Below are positions 1-11,430 of a stretch of DNA of 64,000 nucleotides, in pieces. A model generated the notes under the pieces. The model worked only from the letters and a program-made list of their open reading frames with translations, was not told the origin of the DNA and searched no databases. The stretch comes from Lama glama (lineage: Eukaryota). The number at the start of each line of letters is the position of its first letter. Position 1 is the stretch's first letter. The position numbers and the translations under genes were made by a program. Location of the stretch: contig CM052818.1 in assembly GCA_028534125.1 (NCBI GenBank), positions 4,838,001 through 4,902,000 on the forward strand, read 5' to 3'.

Positions 1-419
1 CTTCCCTGGGGTTAAACTAAGCTGCCGAGCTGTGAGCTATATGTAACTCACCTGGTCCCATTTTCTAGTCTCTTTTTTATGTTTATTTCCCTTTCGTCAT
101 CCTCTAGCCTCTAATAAACTTGTGTTTAAATGCTTCTGCCTCATTTCAGCTGTGCTACGGGGAATTTAGGAAAAGGTTAAGTGTCCATAGTTGGGATGGA
201 ATGCAAGAGGCAGAAGCTCCTCCCTGACTCCCCACCCTTGCAGGGCTGATGTAGTTGAGCTAAGGGAGAGCTGAATCTCAGACTTGAGAGACAAAACTGA
301 GTGGCCCAATCACCTGTCCCTGTTGAAGAGAACCCCTTTACTGTCCATCTTAAAGGATCGTCACTTTATTTTACTGAGGATGATAGCAACTTTTTTTTGG
401 ATAAAGAATTTTGTTGTTA

Positions 420-860
420 ACTGATGTAGCGAATGTACTGAGCGCTCAACCTATGCAATATATATGAAGATTCAGATTCCTGTGGTACTTTATCTGCCCT
501 CAAGGAGCTAATAATCAGCAGGTGGATAAAACCTAAACATCAGAGACTACACGATGTCAGGGCATCACCTAGTTGATGGGCAGCCGGAAGGTCCAAGGCA
601 GCCACAATGATGAAAGGATCACTTACAGGTTCTGGTCAGGGCAAGGCTTTTGGTACTGGTCTGGCAGGCTTGGAAACGCCCCCCCCCCCCGGAAAAACAC
701 AGAGGCAGAACAACTTCAGGACTCAAAGAGTTCAGGTAAAGGAAGAGTGGGAGAGGAGTTGGATGGCCAGATTGAAGGCAGATCACCAGGAGCATGGGAG
801 GATGTCATGGAAGGCTTTAAATGCCAATGTCAGTGACTCCCACGCTACACTTTCCCTCGC
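420..860 (-). mobile_element. L2 LINE fragment (degraded)
   Basis: Reverse-orientation L2 3'-end-like text (tactgagcgctcaacctatg..., ctgccctcaaggagcta..., gaaggctttaaatgcca); boundaries approximate. Confidence 0.55.
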
Positions 861-944
861 TGGTTATAAATGATGGATTCCGCACGTGGCGGCAGGTTCA
901 GGGACATTGTGCTGTGGGTAGCAGAGGAGAAAGCAGATGGGCCC

Positions 945-1130
945 TGCGGTCAGGCAGACTGAGTGAGAATCCTGCATCTGCTGTTTGCTGCTGTAACTTT
1001 GGCCAAGTTATACAACCCTCCCAGGTCTCAGTTTACACTTCTATAAAGCGGGGGGAAACAGAAAATGGCCCTATGTGACCACTGTCAGGATTAAATGAGG
1101 CAATATTGAAAAGTGCCAAATACAACAAGC
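945..1130 (+). mobile_element. MIR SINE
   Basis: MIR core-like 'gtaactttggccaagttatacaaccctcccaggtctcagtttacacttctataaa' followed by 'gtcaggattaaatgagg'. Confidence 0.75.
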
Positions 1131-1325
1131 ATATAAAACTATTTGAATCCATCTCGATCCCTTCCCTGGGAATTGATAGAGTATTATGCAGAGAGTCCAG
1201 AAGTTACGTTTCCCATCGCTACCTGCAGTCCTAGGAATGCAGAGTCCACTCCTCATCCATTACCTTTCCTGCAGCATAGCTTGGCTTCTACTTAATAATC
1301 CAGAGGCATATTTTTTATATGTTTC

Positions 1326-1657
1326 AGTAGGGATGGATAAAGTACAGCTCAAGAGCCCAAACCCAGCCTGGGGCCTGTTTTTGAATGGCCTGTGAAATAA
1401 GAATGGTTTACAATAATTGAGAAAAAAAATCAACAGAAGAATATGTTGTGACATGGAAACATTACATGAAATTCAAATTCCTGTGCCTATAAATAAAGTT
1501 TTATCAAAGCACAGCCATCCCCATTTGTTTATACATCGTCTGCAGCTGTTTTCAGCCTACAATGGCAGAGTTGAGTAGCTGCAACAGAGATCATATGGCC
1601 CACAAAGCCTAAAATATTGGCCATCTGACTCTTTAGGGAAACGTCTGCCAAGCCCTG
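1326..1657 (-). mobile_element. MER58-type (probably MER58B) hAT-Charlie DNA transposon
   Basis: 'aataaagttttatcaaagcacagcc...tggcccacaaagcctaaaatattggccatctgactctttagggaaacgtctgccaagccctg' resembles the reverse complement of the MER58 consensus. Confidence 0.8.
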
Positions 1658-2759
1658 GTCTGGGTCACACTCTTCCTGATTCCAGTTCCAAGAGTCATGA
1701 TGAATGCATACAGTATGAGCACTTAATTTTCCACTTTAGATCTTGTAAGTTTGCCGGAGGAAGTTTTGCGTTGAGCAATGTTTGCTTACTTTCAGAACGA
1801 ATTTCCAACGCCCTCAAGCTCATGTTACTTATTTCCCTCTGTCCGTGGGAGCGTCACAGACACAAGTCATGTTGTTTCAGTCTGCAAAGCTGAACCTGCC
1901 GCTCCACTGTCAGAGAAACATTTGTTGCGAAGTTTAAATGAGCACTTTATTTAAAACTTTGAAAACATCAAAAGCTTCAAAACAGCTAGGGAAGAAGAGA
2001 AATAAAAAGCCCTGTTGCTTTCTAAGTTGAATTCCAGCTCTGAGGCCCAGAGACAGTACCAGTGATTATTTTTGTCAGAATGAACCTTCTCTTCTGAACA
2101 GATGTTATAAACATCTCCAGGTTGCCCGCTGGAGTTGCTGACGTAGAACTTGGCTGCATGAAAATCTGTCTACCTTTTCTCATCTTTGGATGAACTTCAG
2201 TAGACTAACGAGTAAAGAATGGGGCTGTGTTACCCATATCTGAGGAGACAAACCTTCCCTCTGTCGGCACTAGAGAGATTTTTACTCCAGAGAAACCCAT
2301 TCTTGAATGTCCTTCACCTAGAACCAAACTAGGATTTTCATGGTACTAAGTTACTCAAAGGATGTCTGAGTAGACAGGGCTTAGAATATAATCTGTAGAC
2401 ACTGTAAATACTCCTTTGGGCCACTCAAAGCCATTAAAAGTATCTCACTAACTCATTCATCTATTAAATAGTTATCAATTAAATCGTTATCAACACTCAA
2501 GATAGGTGGAGTTCTATGGAAGATATGGGTTAAATAATAACTTTATTTACACGAATTTTTTCATTTGCTGCTTAGTAATAACCTATGAAATAGGCAAATT
2601 CCCTTCCTTCCTTTGTCCCTTCCTCCTTTCCTCCATCTCTCCCTCATCCCTCTTTCTCTCTCTCTCGCTTTGAATAAGGTGATCATAAAACCTGAGCGGT
2701 ATGGATTATAACAGCTGCAGGTTTTCAATAACTTGTAGTCCAAAATTAAGGTAACACAA

Positions 2760-3190
2760 GGTGCTTTTGAACCAAGAAGAGAAATGGCAGACCCAGGTTG
2801 CGAGATTCAAGATGACTTCCTGAAAAAATGCTTGGACCAAGATCTGAAACGTCAATCAGAAATTGCTCTATGAAAAGTACAAGGAAGAACTATCATCCTC
2901 AGTGAAGAGAGCCCCGTGGCTGAGACCCAGAGGCGAACAAGCCCTGAGCGTCTGGACCCTCAAGGAGGTCACTGTGGTTAGAAGACAAGGTAGGAGGTGG
3001 GGCTGGTACTGAGAGGTGTCACTACAGGACAGTAGGGAGCTCTGATAAATGACTGTGTGTCATGCCAAGGAGCGCACACTTTTACTTGAAGGCAAGGGAA
3101 CAGCATGGTCAGCTTTGAAAAAAGTGTCATGAGCAAGTGTGAAAGAGGAATTGGAGTGGCGCAGAACTGAGCTGATTGTTAAAGGCCAGC
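2760..3190 (-). mobile_element. L2 LINE fragment
   Basis: Purine-rich L2-like text (gacttcctgaaaa..., catgccaaggagcgcacacttttacttgaaggcaaggg); approximate. Confidence 0.5.
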
Positions 3191-4108
3191 AGCAGCAACG
3201 CAGGCAAGAGAAACACATCAGGATGGACCTGCTGGTGGAAGCTGGGCTTTTGGCTTCCGATCATTGAACTTCCTCTTTGCACGTACCTGCTCCCTGCGTT
3301 CCTAGCTGTGGGTCCACGTGCCTGTTTCTCCCACCGGCTTGTGAGAAGAGAGATTATGCTCAGCTTATTTTTAACCGTCTTGTAGAGAGCTGAACATGGA
3401 GAAGAAGGCTACAAAGAGTTACCTAACAAATACGTTATTGGATTAATCTTTCCATCTCAGAGCCTATCCGTTCATCGTTAAAACAATGAATAGGTGTCAT
3501 CCTAGCGAGAGCAGTGCCTAAAGTGAGCTTGGTGAGATAGGGACCGTCACAGGCTCTCCAAGTCTCTCGTTCTGTAGGAATCCAACATCTGGGTCAGTAA
3601 AATAAAAATAATAGATGTCTGTGGTTTTGTCTCCTCCAAACTTGCTGGAAATAGCTTTCCTTTCAGAAATTTGCTTATCTTGAACAAATTAAACCAGGAA
3701 GATATTCTTGTACTAAAATAGGAGACTAATATCTAGGGCTAGACTCACTGTTATTGAAGTGATGGTTTTAATCACCCTTCTCCTTACTCAGGCATTAAAT
3801 CAGTCAGGGAATAAATTTCAGTGTTTCATAAGGAAAAACTTTCAGTGTTCACTGTTATCCATAAATAGAATGATCTATCTGGAAAAGAGAAGGTCCTCTC
3901 ACTCCAGAACTGTTGAGATAGATCAGCCAGGCATTTTCTGGGTTGGTGCACAGGACAGTCCTGCTTTGGGGAAGGTCGGATGAAGTGAGTTTTATGAGTG
4001 CTTCCAACCTGAGGGTTCTGGGGCTCTAGTTATTACAAATCTATCCTTTGATGTATAAATTATTATATTTGTTTGATTAATTGATGAATAAAATTTCTCA
4101 TTGGTTTT

Positions 4109-4265
4109 ATTAATTTATTTTTGTTTTAGCTTAATATTAATTGTTTTTTTTCCTCTTTTTTAATTGACGTGTAGTCAGTTTCAACGTGTCAGTTTCTGGT
4201 GCACAGCATAATGTTTCAATCATACATGTACATACATATATTCGTTTTCATCTTCTTTTTCATTA
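4109..4265 (-). mobile_element. 5'-truncated LINE-1 3' tail
   Basis: T-rich tail then 'attgacgtgtagtcagtttcaacgtgtcagtttctggtgcacagc...'; flanked by TCTCATTGGTTTT at 4096-4108 and 4266-4278. Confidence 0.85.
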
Positions 4266-4278
4266 TCTCATTGGTTTT

Positions 4279-4396
4279 TTCTATTTAAAGAAATTTTTTT
4301 ATTGAAGTACATTCAGTTACAATGTGTCAATTTCTGGTGTACAACACAAGGTCCCAGTCATACATGTATATACATATATTCGTTTTCGTATGTTTT
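4279..4396 (-). mobile_element. 5'-truncated LINE-1 3' tail
   Basis: 'attgaagtacattcagttacaatgtgtcaatttctggtgtacaac...'; flanked by TCTCATTGGTTTT at 4266-4278 and 4397-4409. Confidence 0.85.
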
Positions 4397-6099
4397 TCTC
4401 ATTGGTTTTAAATTTTGGCCACACAACAGAAACCTTTTCAAGGAAAATATGTTCACAAATGCTAATGCAAGGATGGAGAGAAGCAAAGGGGCAGTGGATG
4501 TCATTTGGTTTTCCAAATTCAAAGCTGCGGCAGATTCTCATAGAAAAGTTCTATATATATCTTTTTTTTTTTTTTTTTGGTACCTGGAGCCACTGTGAAT
4601 TCATGCTTTAGTCCTTTGCGAAATGCGTGAAAGAGATCTTTTTAAATTTCTCATAATTCTTTCACAGGATCCCTATTTCCATGGACATGGGGAGAGTGGG
4701 CTAAGTAAATAAATAAATAATAAATAAGTAAGTCCCATTCCAATAGTTCATTCTTAGAACTTCTCTAGTATGGACTGACTTGTTTGGTTCTGGGGTGGAT
4801 ACAATTTTCTTTGGGTTTGAGGCTATTTCCAAAGTTATAATCAGGATGCACCTGAAGTGAAAAAACGATTTAGGCTGGGAGACAAGACACATGAGGTGTA
4901 CTTCTAGTCTATCAGGAACCAGCTAATTTCCTTCAGTGACTCCTTTAACACCTCTAGACCTTTCTCTCCTCATCTACCTGATGGAGAAGTTGATAAGACA
5001 ATTTAAGAGGTCTCCCCAGGTCCCTAAATTCTACAATTTGAAAATGAATTCCTTTGGGGAAAAGTTTTGACAAGCACAAAATGTCTTTGTGGGGGCGCAC
5101 CCCAGGACGGGCCTCGAGAATGAGTGCTCACAGTTCTGCGCTAATTCTGCTGGACACTCAGGGCATCATCTCTCAGTGAGCTTTTGCAGCTTATCCAGTG
5201 AAAGACATAAGCTATGTAGCTCTCTTGGGAAATGCAATGGCTAAATATATTAGTATTCTTTGGATGGGATGGGTTGGGGAAGACATTGGGTTTTAAAGTC
5301 ATGGAAACGTTGCATTTTTGTTGAATTCCTATGTAGGAAGGATAAACATTTCTCTCTCTTCAAGTGGTGTTTATGTTATTCACCAGAAACATGATTGATA
5401 ACACGCAAGTGAGAGGCGATAGTATATTTATGTGAGACCCACACAAAGTGATCCCACATGGAGAAATATCTATAACATCACCACCATTAAGGATGGCTTG
5501 ACCAAAGTGCTCTTTTTCCTCCAAGGAAAACTATATCTTTTAATAACTGAATAATTCATCTATTTTGATTCTTCAGACTAGATTATGACCTGAAGTTACT
5601 GCAGTACTCCAGGAAATCAAGTTTGATTTTGTAATATAGTCAAATGAGTACTTTAGAGTGCCATGTCTGAGATCAATAAGGAAGCAGTAACTACATTTAC
5701 TGTCATATGATGATATTGATGTAAAAACATAATGGTCAAAATTATAAAATCAATTTCATAATTTAATCAGAAATGTTTATTGATACTGTTAAAGTTGAAT
5801 TCAATAGCTTCTGGTATGTAGTTAATTTCCTACCTGTCAGAAAAATGTATTGAAATGTTCTCTCTTGAAAATGATTGGAGTTAATTCAGTAGAGAAAACA
5901 GCAAAGTTTCATGCTGATAGACAGAGATTTCTTCTCTCGCCATCCCTTGGTGGTGAATGCTGGGAGCTTTTGGTTTGGTTATTTTAAATAGAACAAAATA
6001 AAGAAATATCCACCGGGCAATCCGAGTGATTGGCATGGTCGTCCCCTAAAATGTAATCAATTGCCTTCTTGGGATAAAAAGAGAGGATTTTTTTAGAAA

Positions 6100-6360
6100 A
6101 AAATTTTTAAATAAATTTTTAAGATTGAAGTATAGTTAATTTACAATGTTGTGTTAGTTTCAGGTGTATGGCAAAGTGATCCGGTTATCCATATATATGT
6201 GTATATACACATATATATACTTGTTCAGATGCTTTTCCATTGTAGGTTATTACAAGATATTGAATATAGTTCCCTGTGCTATACAGTAGGCCTTTGTTTA
6301 TCTGTGTTGTATAGTAGTGTGTATATGTTACTCCCAAACTCTTAAGTTGTCCCTCCCCAC
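6100..6360 (-). mobile_element. LINE-1 3' tail
   Basis: 'attgaagtatagttaatttacaatgttgtgttagtttcaggtgta...gatattgaatatagttccctgtgctatacagtagg', the same family as the other L1 tails in the window. Confidence 0.85.
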
Positions 6361-8407
6361 CAAGTGTTAATTTTACTGTAAGGCTGCAGAAATGAATAAA
6401 CAGCATGTGCAGAGGTGTGAGAGGAGTGTCAAGGCTCAATAGCCCCTTGTGAAGTAATATCTAGTTAAAAAAATAAGTGAGAAGAAAGAGAAAGTTCTCG
6501 AGACTGGAATCCTTTGATGCTTTTACTTTGCCACCAGCTACTAGCCTTGATTTTCATTCACTTTAAGTTGAAAGTATCTTAATTGAAGCAAAAGTCACTT
6601 AAAGAAATGTCGGTAAGTGTGACTTGTAAGTTTGAAATAAAGCTCTTGTAGATTATGAGAACCTGTCCAACTCATCCAATTTAAATAAGATAAAGGTCAA
6701 ATTATGAAGGTTTAGCAATTCATTCAGATCTATGAAACAGCTGTATGTCATGGCAAATAAAGTAATTTTGAAAGCCTGCACGATTCTTTAAACGTTATCA
6801 TTTTCTTGTTCAAAACCAAATAGTGATTCCCTATTGTGTGGTGAATGAAGTCGTTTCCTTATGCAGGCACTTTCCTCATACGGGCATTCAAGAGTTTTCA
6901 GTATCTGGCCAGACTATTTTCTGCTCATCTTCTTGTGCTTCTGTCATTCTCTGGTCAAACCTGCCTTTAAACTCTTCCTCAAATGGCTCATGCCTTCTCC
7001 TTTGCTAGTGATTGTTTCAGACCATCTTGTCTGCTTACCACTTAAAAAAAATTGATTCGTGTTCTATTTCACCTTGTACTTGCATCTTTGTTTTGATGTA
7101 CGTGTTGCTTTACCAGTTAGACTATAAGCTCTCTGAGGGCTGGTACTGGGGCCATCATCCTCTAGAACATTAAGCAATCGTACACATAGTGGTTGCTCAA
7201 AGAATGTCTGGTCAACTGAATATTCTCGAAATTGTTAAGATTAGAGCTCCCGGAGACAGAATTTTGGAATGCAGCCGAATTTATGCTTCGGGTGTGCTTC
7301 AGTTCATTGCAATGAATCAGAATGGAAAATCATTCTTAATTGGAATCATGAAATTTCTGCACAGGATGGAACTGTGGGTCTCCTTGTACAAAGGAGAGAA
7401 TGAGGACTCAGAAAGTTCACAAAGGTACTTGGCATCAGAGTCACCATTGGATCCCAGGGCTCCTGACACCCATTCACTCCTCTCTACCATCATGAGACTC
7501 TTGAGAAACTGATTCTAATTATCCACTGATGATAGGAAAGGAGAAACAGGTTGCTTTAAAAATAAACAGACTCCTTTGAGTATGAGATGATGCTCCAGGG
7601 TTTTAAGAATTGATAACAGAAGATACCAAGAAGCTTTATTCGGGTTACTAGTTGTTAATTTTTGATGTTGGGGTATAAAATATTCTTATTAAAACAAATA
7701 AAGCTGGCAGCTCGGCAAAGAACAAAGTTAAACTGCCTGAAAAAATACACTGACTATATTTTGAAACAGAGAACTCACTGGGTCTGTGTTGTAACTCTAA
7801 GCTTGCATGGGATCTGCCTTTAGGATGTGCCCTTTTCTCTCTAACAGGGCTGCTCCTGACCTCCCTGGGCCAACTCCTCCTTCTGGGAAGTGGGCTTTTC
7901 CGCTTGTCTTGTTTGTTTTTCTAATGTCAAATGCTCACATTGAAGGCTGAAGTCTAGGTAAGTTTTGTCGAGTGTCAATGTGAGACAATGCCTATACAAA
8001 AAGAAAAGGATATATTTAGATATGAACAAACTAGTACATAAGGAAATAGAGGAATATTTTAATGCTAGTGTGAATCTGCCTGTAGAACTTTTATGTTCCA
8101 GCGAAACTAACTATAAGACAAAAGTTTTTCTGTAACCTCTCATATAGGTTTCTATGGGGGGTGAGCACCCAATCATCTGAGTTACAATGACCAAGGCAGG
8201 ATATGTTGGGCTATTGATGTATACATGTAATGCTATACAAGATGCAAAGAATATTATAACACTATTCTGACATCATTTCCATCATTCATTGAATGATTAT
8301 TGTATGTTGGTCCAATACATGTTTTACAAATCTCATTTAATCATCACAATAAAGTTAAAATACCTATATTATGATCTGTAGTTAAATATGCTTACGAGCA
8401 TGGTCTT

Positions 8408-8550
8408 GATTATTTATTTTATTTGTTTTTTTGGGGGGGTTAATTAGGTTTGTATATTTACTTATTTTTAAGGGAGGTACTGGGGATTGAACCCAGGATC
8501 TCGTGCATGTTAAGCACTCCCTCTACCACTGAGCTATACTGCACCTCCCC
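8408..8550 (-). mobile_element. tRNA-Ala-derived SINE (camelid Vic-1-like) inserted in a MIR
   Basis: Reverse strand reads gggg..gtatagctcagtggtagag..gcttaacatgcacgagatcctgggttcaatccccagtacc with A/B boxes and A-rich tail; TSD GAGCATGGTCTT at 8396-8407 and 8551-8562. Confidence 0.9.
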
Positions 8551-8562
8551 GAGCATGGTCTT

Positions 8563-8790
8563 TGAAGTCAGAGATATGTGGGTTCAACCCTCACTTCCTC
8601 CCTTTACCACCAGTGAGACCTTAAGCAAATTGCTTAACTCTGCTAAACCTCAGTTTTTTGAGCTGTAAAAGGAAAAAAATCATAACACACATCTCATGGG
8701 ATTTTTATATGTATTAAAACAGAGAATGCATATAGGACATTGAACCCCAAGTACATTGTAGATTCTCAATAGCCGTTAGCAATTTTGGCT
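8563..8790 (+). mobile_element. MIR SINE (continuation after the SINE insertion)
   Basis: 'gtgagaccttaagcaaattgcttaactctgctaaacctcagtttt' MIR core. Confidence 0.75.
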
Positions 8791-8799
8791 TACTATTAT

Positions 8800-8905
8800 T
8801 ACTGATGAGAAAACTGAATTTGAAGAAGTTAAATAACTTGTTCAAGGCTTCACAGCAAGTAAGTAGAAGAACTGAAATTTAAACTTAGGGCTCTCCCGGT
8901 TTTGT
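8800..8905 (-). mobile_element. MIR SINE fragment
   Basis: 'gatgagaaaactgaatttgaagaagttaaataacttgttcaagg' reverse MIR core. Confidence 0.7.
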
Positions 8906-9099
8906 GCCTGGAAGAAGGCTGGGAGGGCCCATGAAATAAATGAGGAGTGAGGAGTGGGCCAGGGCAGGATAAATGAGGATAGAAAAGAAAGAATATTTGT
9001 GTGTATGAGACATATTATGAAGCAAAAAATGGTGGACAAGATATAACAGTGAGGGAGAACGGTCATGTGTGACTTCAAGGTTTAATATCTGGACTAATG

Positions 9100-9540
9100 G
9101 AAAAAGGAGGAAGCTTCTGGTGCTCTTGGACTGGAGCCCAGGGGCCTAGACCTGCTGCTGCTAAAAGTGCTGATGGGGCACTGGCTCAGCGGTAACCAGA
9201 ACCATGTATGAGGGCCGCCCATTCTAGGGCTGTCTGCATTTCCTCTGCGCCTGCTGTCACCATACCACCAGAAACCTAGCAACTGGCGTGCTTTTGAAAT
9301 CAGAAGCAGAAACAAACAAAACGAAGCAATAAAAAATAAAAACCAAAAAAACCCACACTGCTTTCTCCTCCTACTTTCTGATCTTCAAATAGTTCCTCCA
9401 ACTGGCAGAACAGTAAACAGAAGCCAACTGGCCAGGGTGTCTGGGAAATGTAGTTTGGAGTCTTCCAGCCCTAGCAATAGAGAGCAGAGTATAGAAGGGA
9501 AGGCTGCGGTACTGAGAAGTGACAGATGAACAGCCAGCAA
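9100..9540 (-). mobile_element. Ancient ERVL/MaLR-class LTR fragment
   Basis: 'aagccaactggccagggtgtctgggaaatgtagttt...agagcagagtatagaaggg' resembles old ERVL/MaLR LTRs; family not resolved. Confidence 0.5.
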
Positions 9541-11212
9541 GGGAGGAAACATTACAAGAATTACGAGCTTCAGGAGGAAGAAATGGTCTTAGAGAAAATA
9601 AGTTGTTTAGTTACAGATAACTTTCATCACAGAGAAAGGTAAATGTTTCTGCTCTTAGAAATGCATTAAAAAGAGGTTACATTATTTGTTGGAACAGACC
9701 TGTAAAAGTTAATTGAATTCCATTACCTATGATCATGTGTTAGCATTAAGAGGAAAGCTAACTGAAGTAAAATATAATAAATTATAACAATTGAGTAATA
9801 TGTATATATCAGCCTTTCTGTATTTCTCCTGTTATCAGGCGCTCCATAACAGAATTGCATTTTCATTCGTCTACAGACCTCTAATAATTGAGAAGTCACT
9901 TACACGAGGAAGATCTGTAGGTGCATGAACTACAGTTTTGTTCTATTTTCTTTTTAGAACATACATATGGTATCCCTAGGTACTGGAACACTGATGCTAC
10001 AAGCTACCAGACTTTATTTAAACTTGGTGGTAAAGCCCTTGACTTTTTCTCTTGTACCCTAGAGGAAAATAGAAAAGAATTATTGATTATTTTCTGAGTA
10101 TTTCTTTTCCTCTAGGTCCATTTCTTGTCACCCTACTTTCCTTCTCCTATTTGTTTTTCTTTTGTTCAGTTAAAGCAGAAAGCACCTGCATCATGAAACT
10201 TAGACAGTTTTGTAAGCAGATTAGGGGTGCTCACTGGCAATTTTCTGCATCTCAACTCTCCCTTTATCTGCAAATGTGAAGCCTGTACAATCAAGTTCAG
10301 AACTTATGGCTGAAGGAGATATCTTTTTAAAAACGAAATTTGCCTGTAACATTAAAACATTTTTGAAGGATGTAGTCTTTTCTGTTTTCATCAATATCAT
10401 TCTCACCCTATGACCCAAAATTTTAGTGATTCTTCTTCAATTTTCATTGTCTTCCTTGGTAATTGGGGGCAAAACAGCTAACTGCAAGTGAAATTTTTAC
10501 TGTTGTAGTAACTGTCTGGTTCTTTGCCTATTTGAAACATAGATCAAGTTCTTAACGTTTTTTGAAGCCTTTCTTGGCTATACCACTTTATAGAGAATCC
10601 TGCAGCTTTTGAAAAAGTGGTTTCACAGAGACATCTAGGCTTCATGCCATGTTAGTTAGGAGTGGATTAAGGAGGGTTCCCACTTTCATTTATCGAGGAA
10701 AGCAGAGGGGTGATAATGAGCAGGCCCACTAAAACGGCTATATTCATCCCCTGTCAGCTCACCATCTACAAAATGTCTTCTCAGTCTCTACGATAGTCCT
10801 TGATTCTTTGATTCATATCCTGGTTTCGAGTGTTCAAGATCCTCCATGCCTAGTTCCACGAATCCACTGCCAATAGCTGGATGACCTGCCTCCAGAGAGA
10901 CTACGGTAGATCCTAGCAGTGCTCAGCTCTGTCTGTTTCCCCTCCTCTTCCTGGGCACATTCCCCAGTCCCCACTGAATCGAAGTGAAGCTGTGGGCCTG
11001 GTTCTGGTCAACGGGGTGTAAATAGATTCCTTGCCTCTAAAATCTCCACCGGACTCTCTGCTTTCTTGCTTTCCTCTTTTCCTGGGTAGATGTTGAGGAT
11101 TTAATGAGACTCCAATCAGAATGACCTGAATCCCTGAGTCTTGCCTGGAGCAGAGCTGGTTAATGTGCACCAGTAGGAAATTAACTGTTGCTGGATTAAG
11201 TAGTGACAGGTA

Positions 11213-11276
11213 TCATCCTCATCACCACCACTGCCATCATCATCATCACCATCATCACCACCATCATTATCATCAA
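11213..11276. repeat. Imperfect (CAT/CAC)n trinucleotide microsatellite
   Basis: tcatcctcatcaccaccactgccatcatcatcatcaccatcatcaccaccatcattatcatca. Confidence 0.9.
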
Positions 11277-11299
11277 CAGCTTTATGTGCCTGTCTAATG

Positions 11300-11430
11300 A
11301 AGACAGACATCTTGAAGAATACCCATTTGACAAATTGAGAACCTTAGTCTTAAAAAGATTAAGCAATTTGCTCAAAGCCCCACAGTTAGTGAGTGGCAAA
11401 TCCAAGTCTGCATTATCAAATTTAAGTTAA
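11300..11430 (-). mobile_element. MIR SINE fragment
   Basis: 'aaagattaagcaatttgctcaaagccccacagttagtgagtggc' reverse MIR core. Confidence 0.7.

Noticed and set aside
11116..11430. Acidic (poly-D) and hydrophobic low-complexity ORFs
   Set aside because: Translations of the (CAT/CAC)n microsatellite and adjacent MIR
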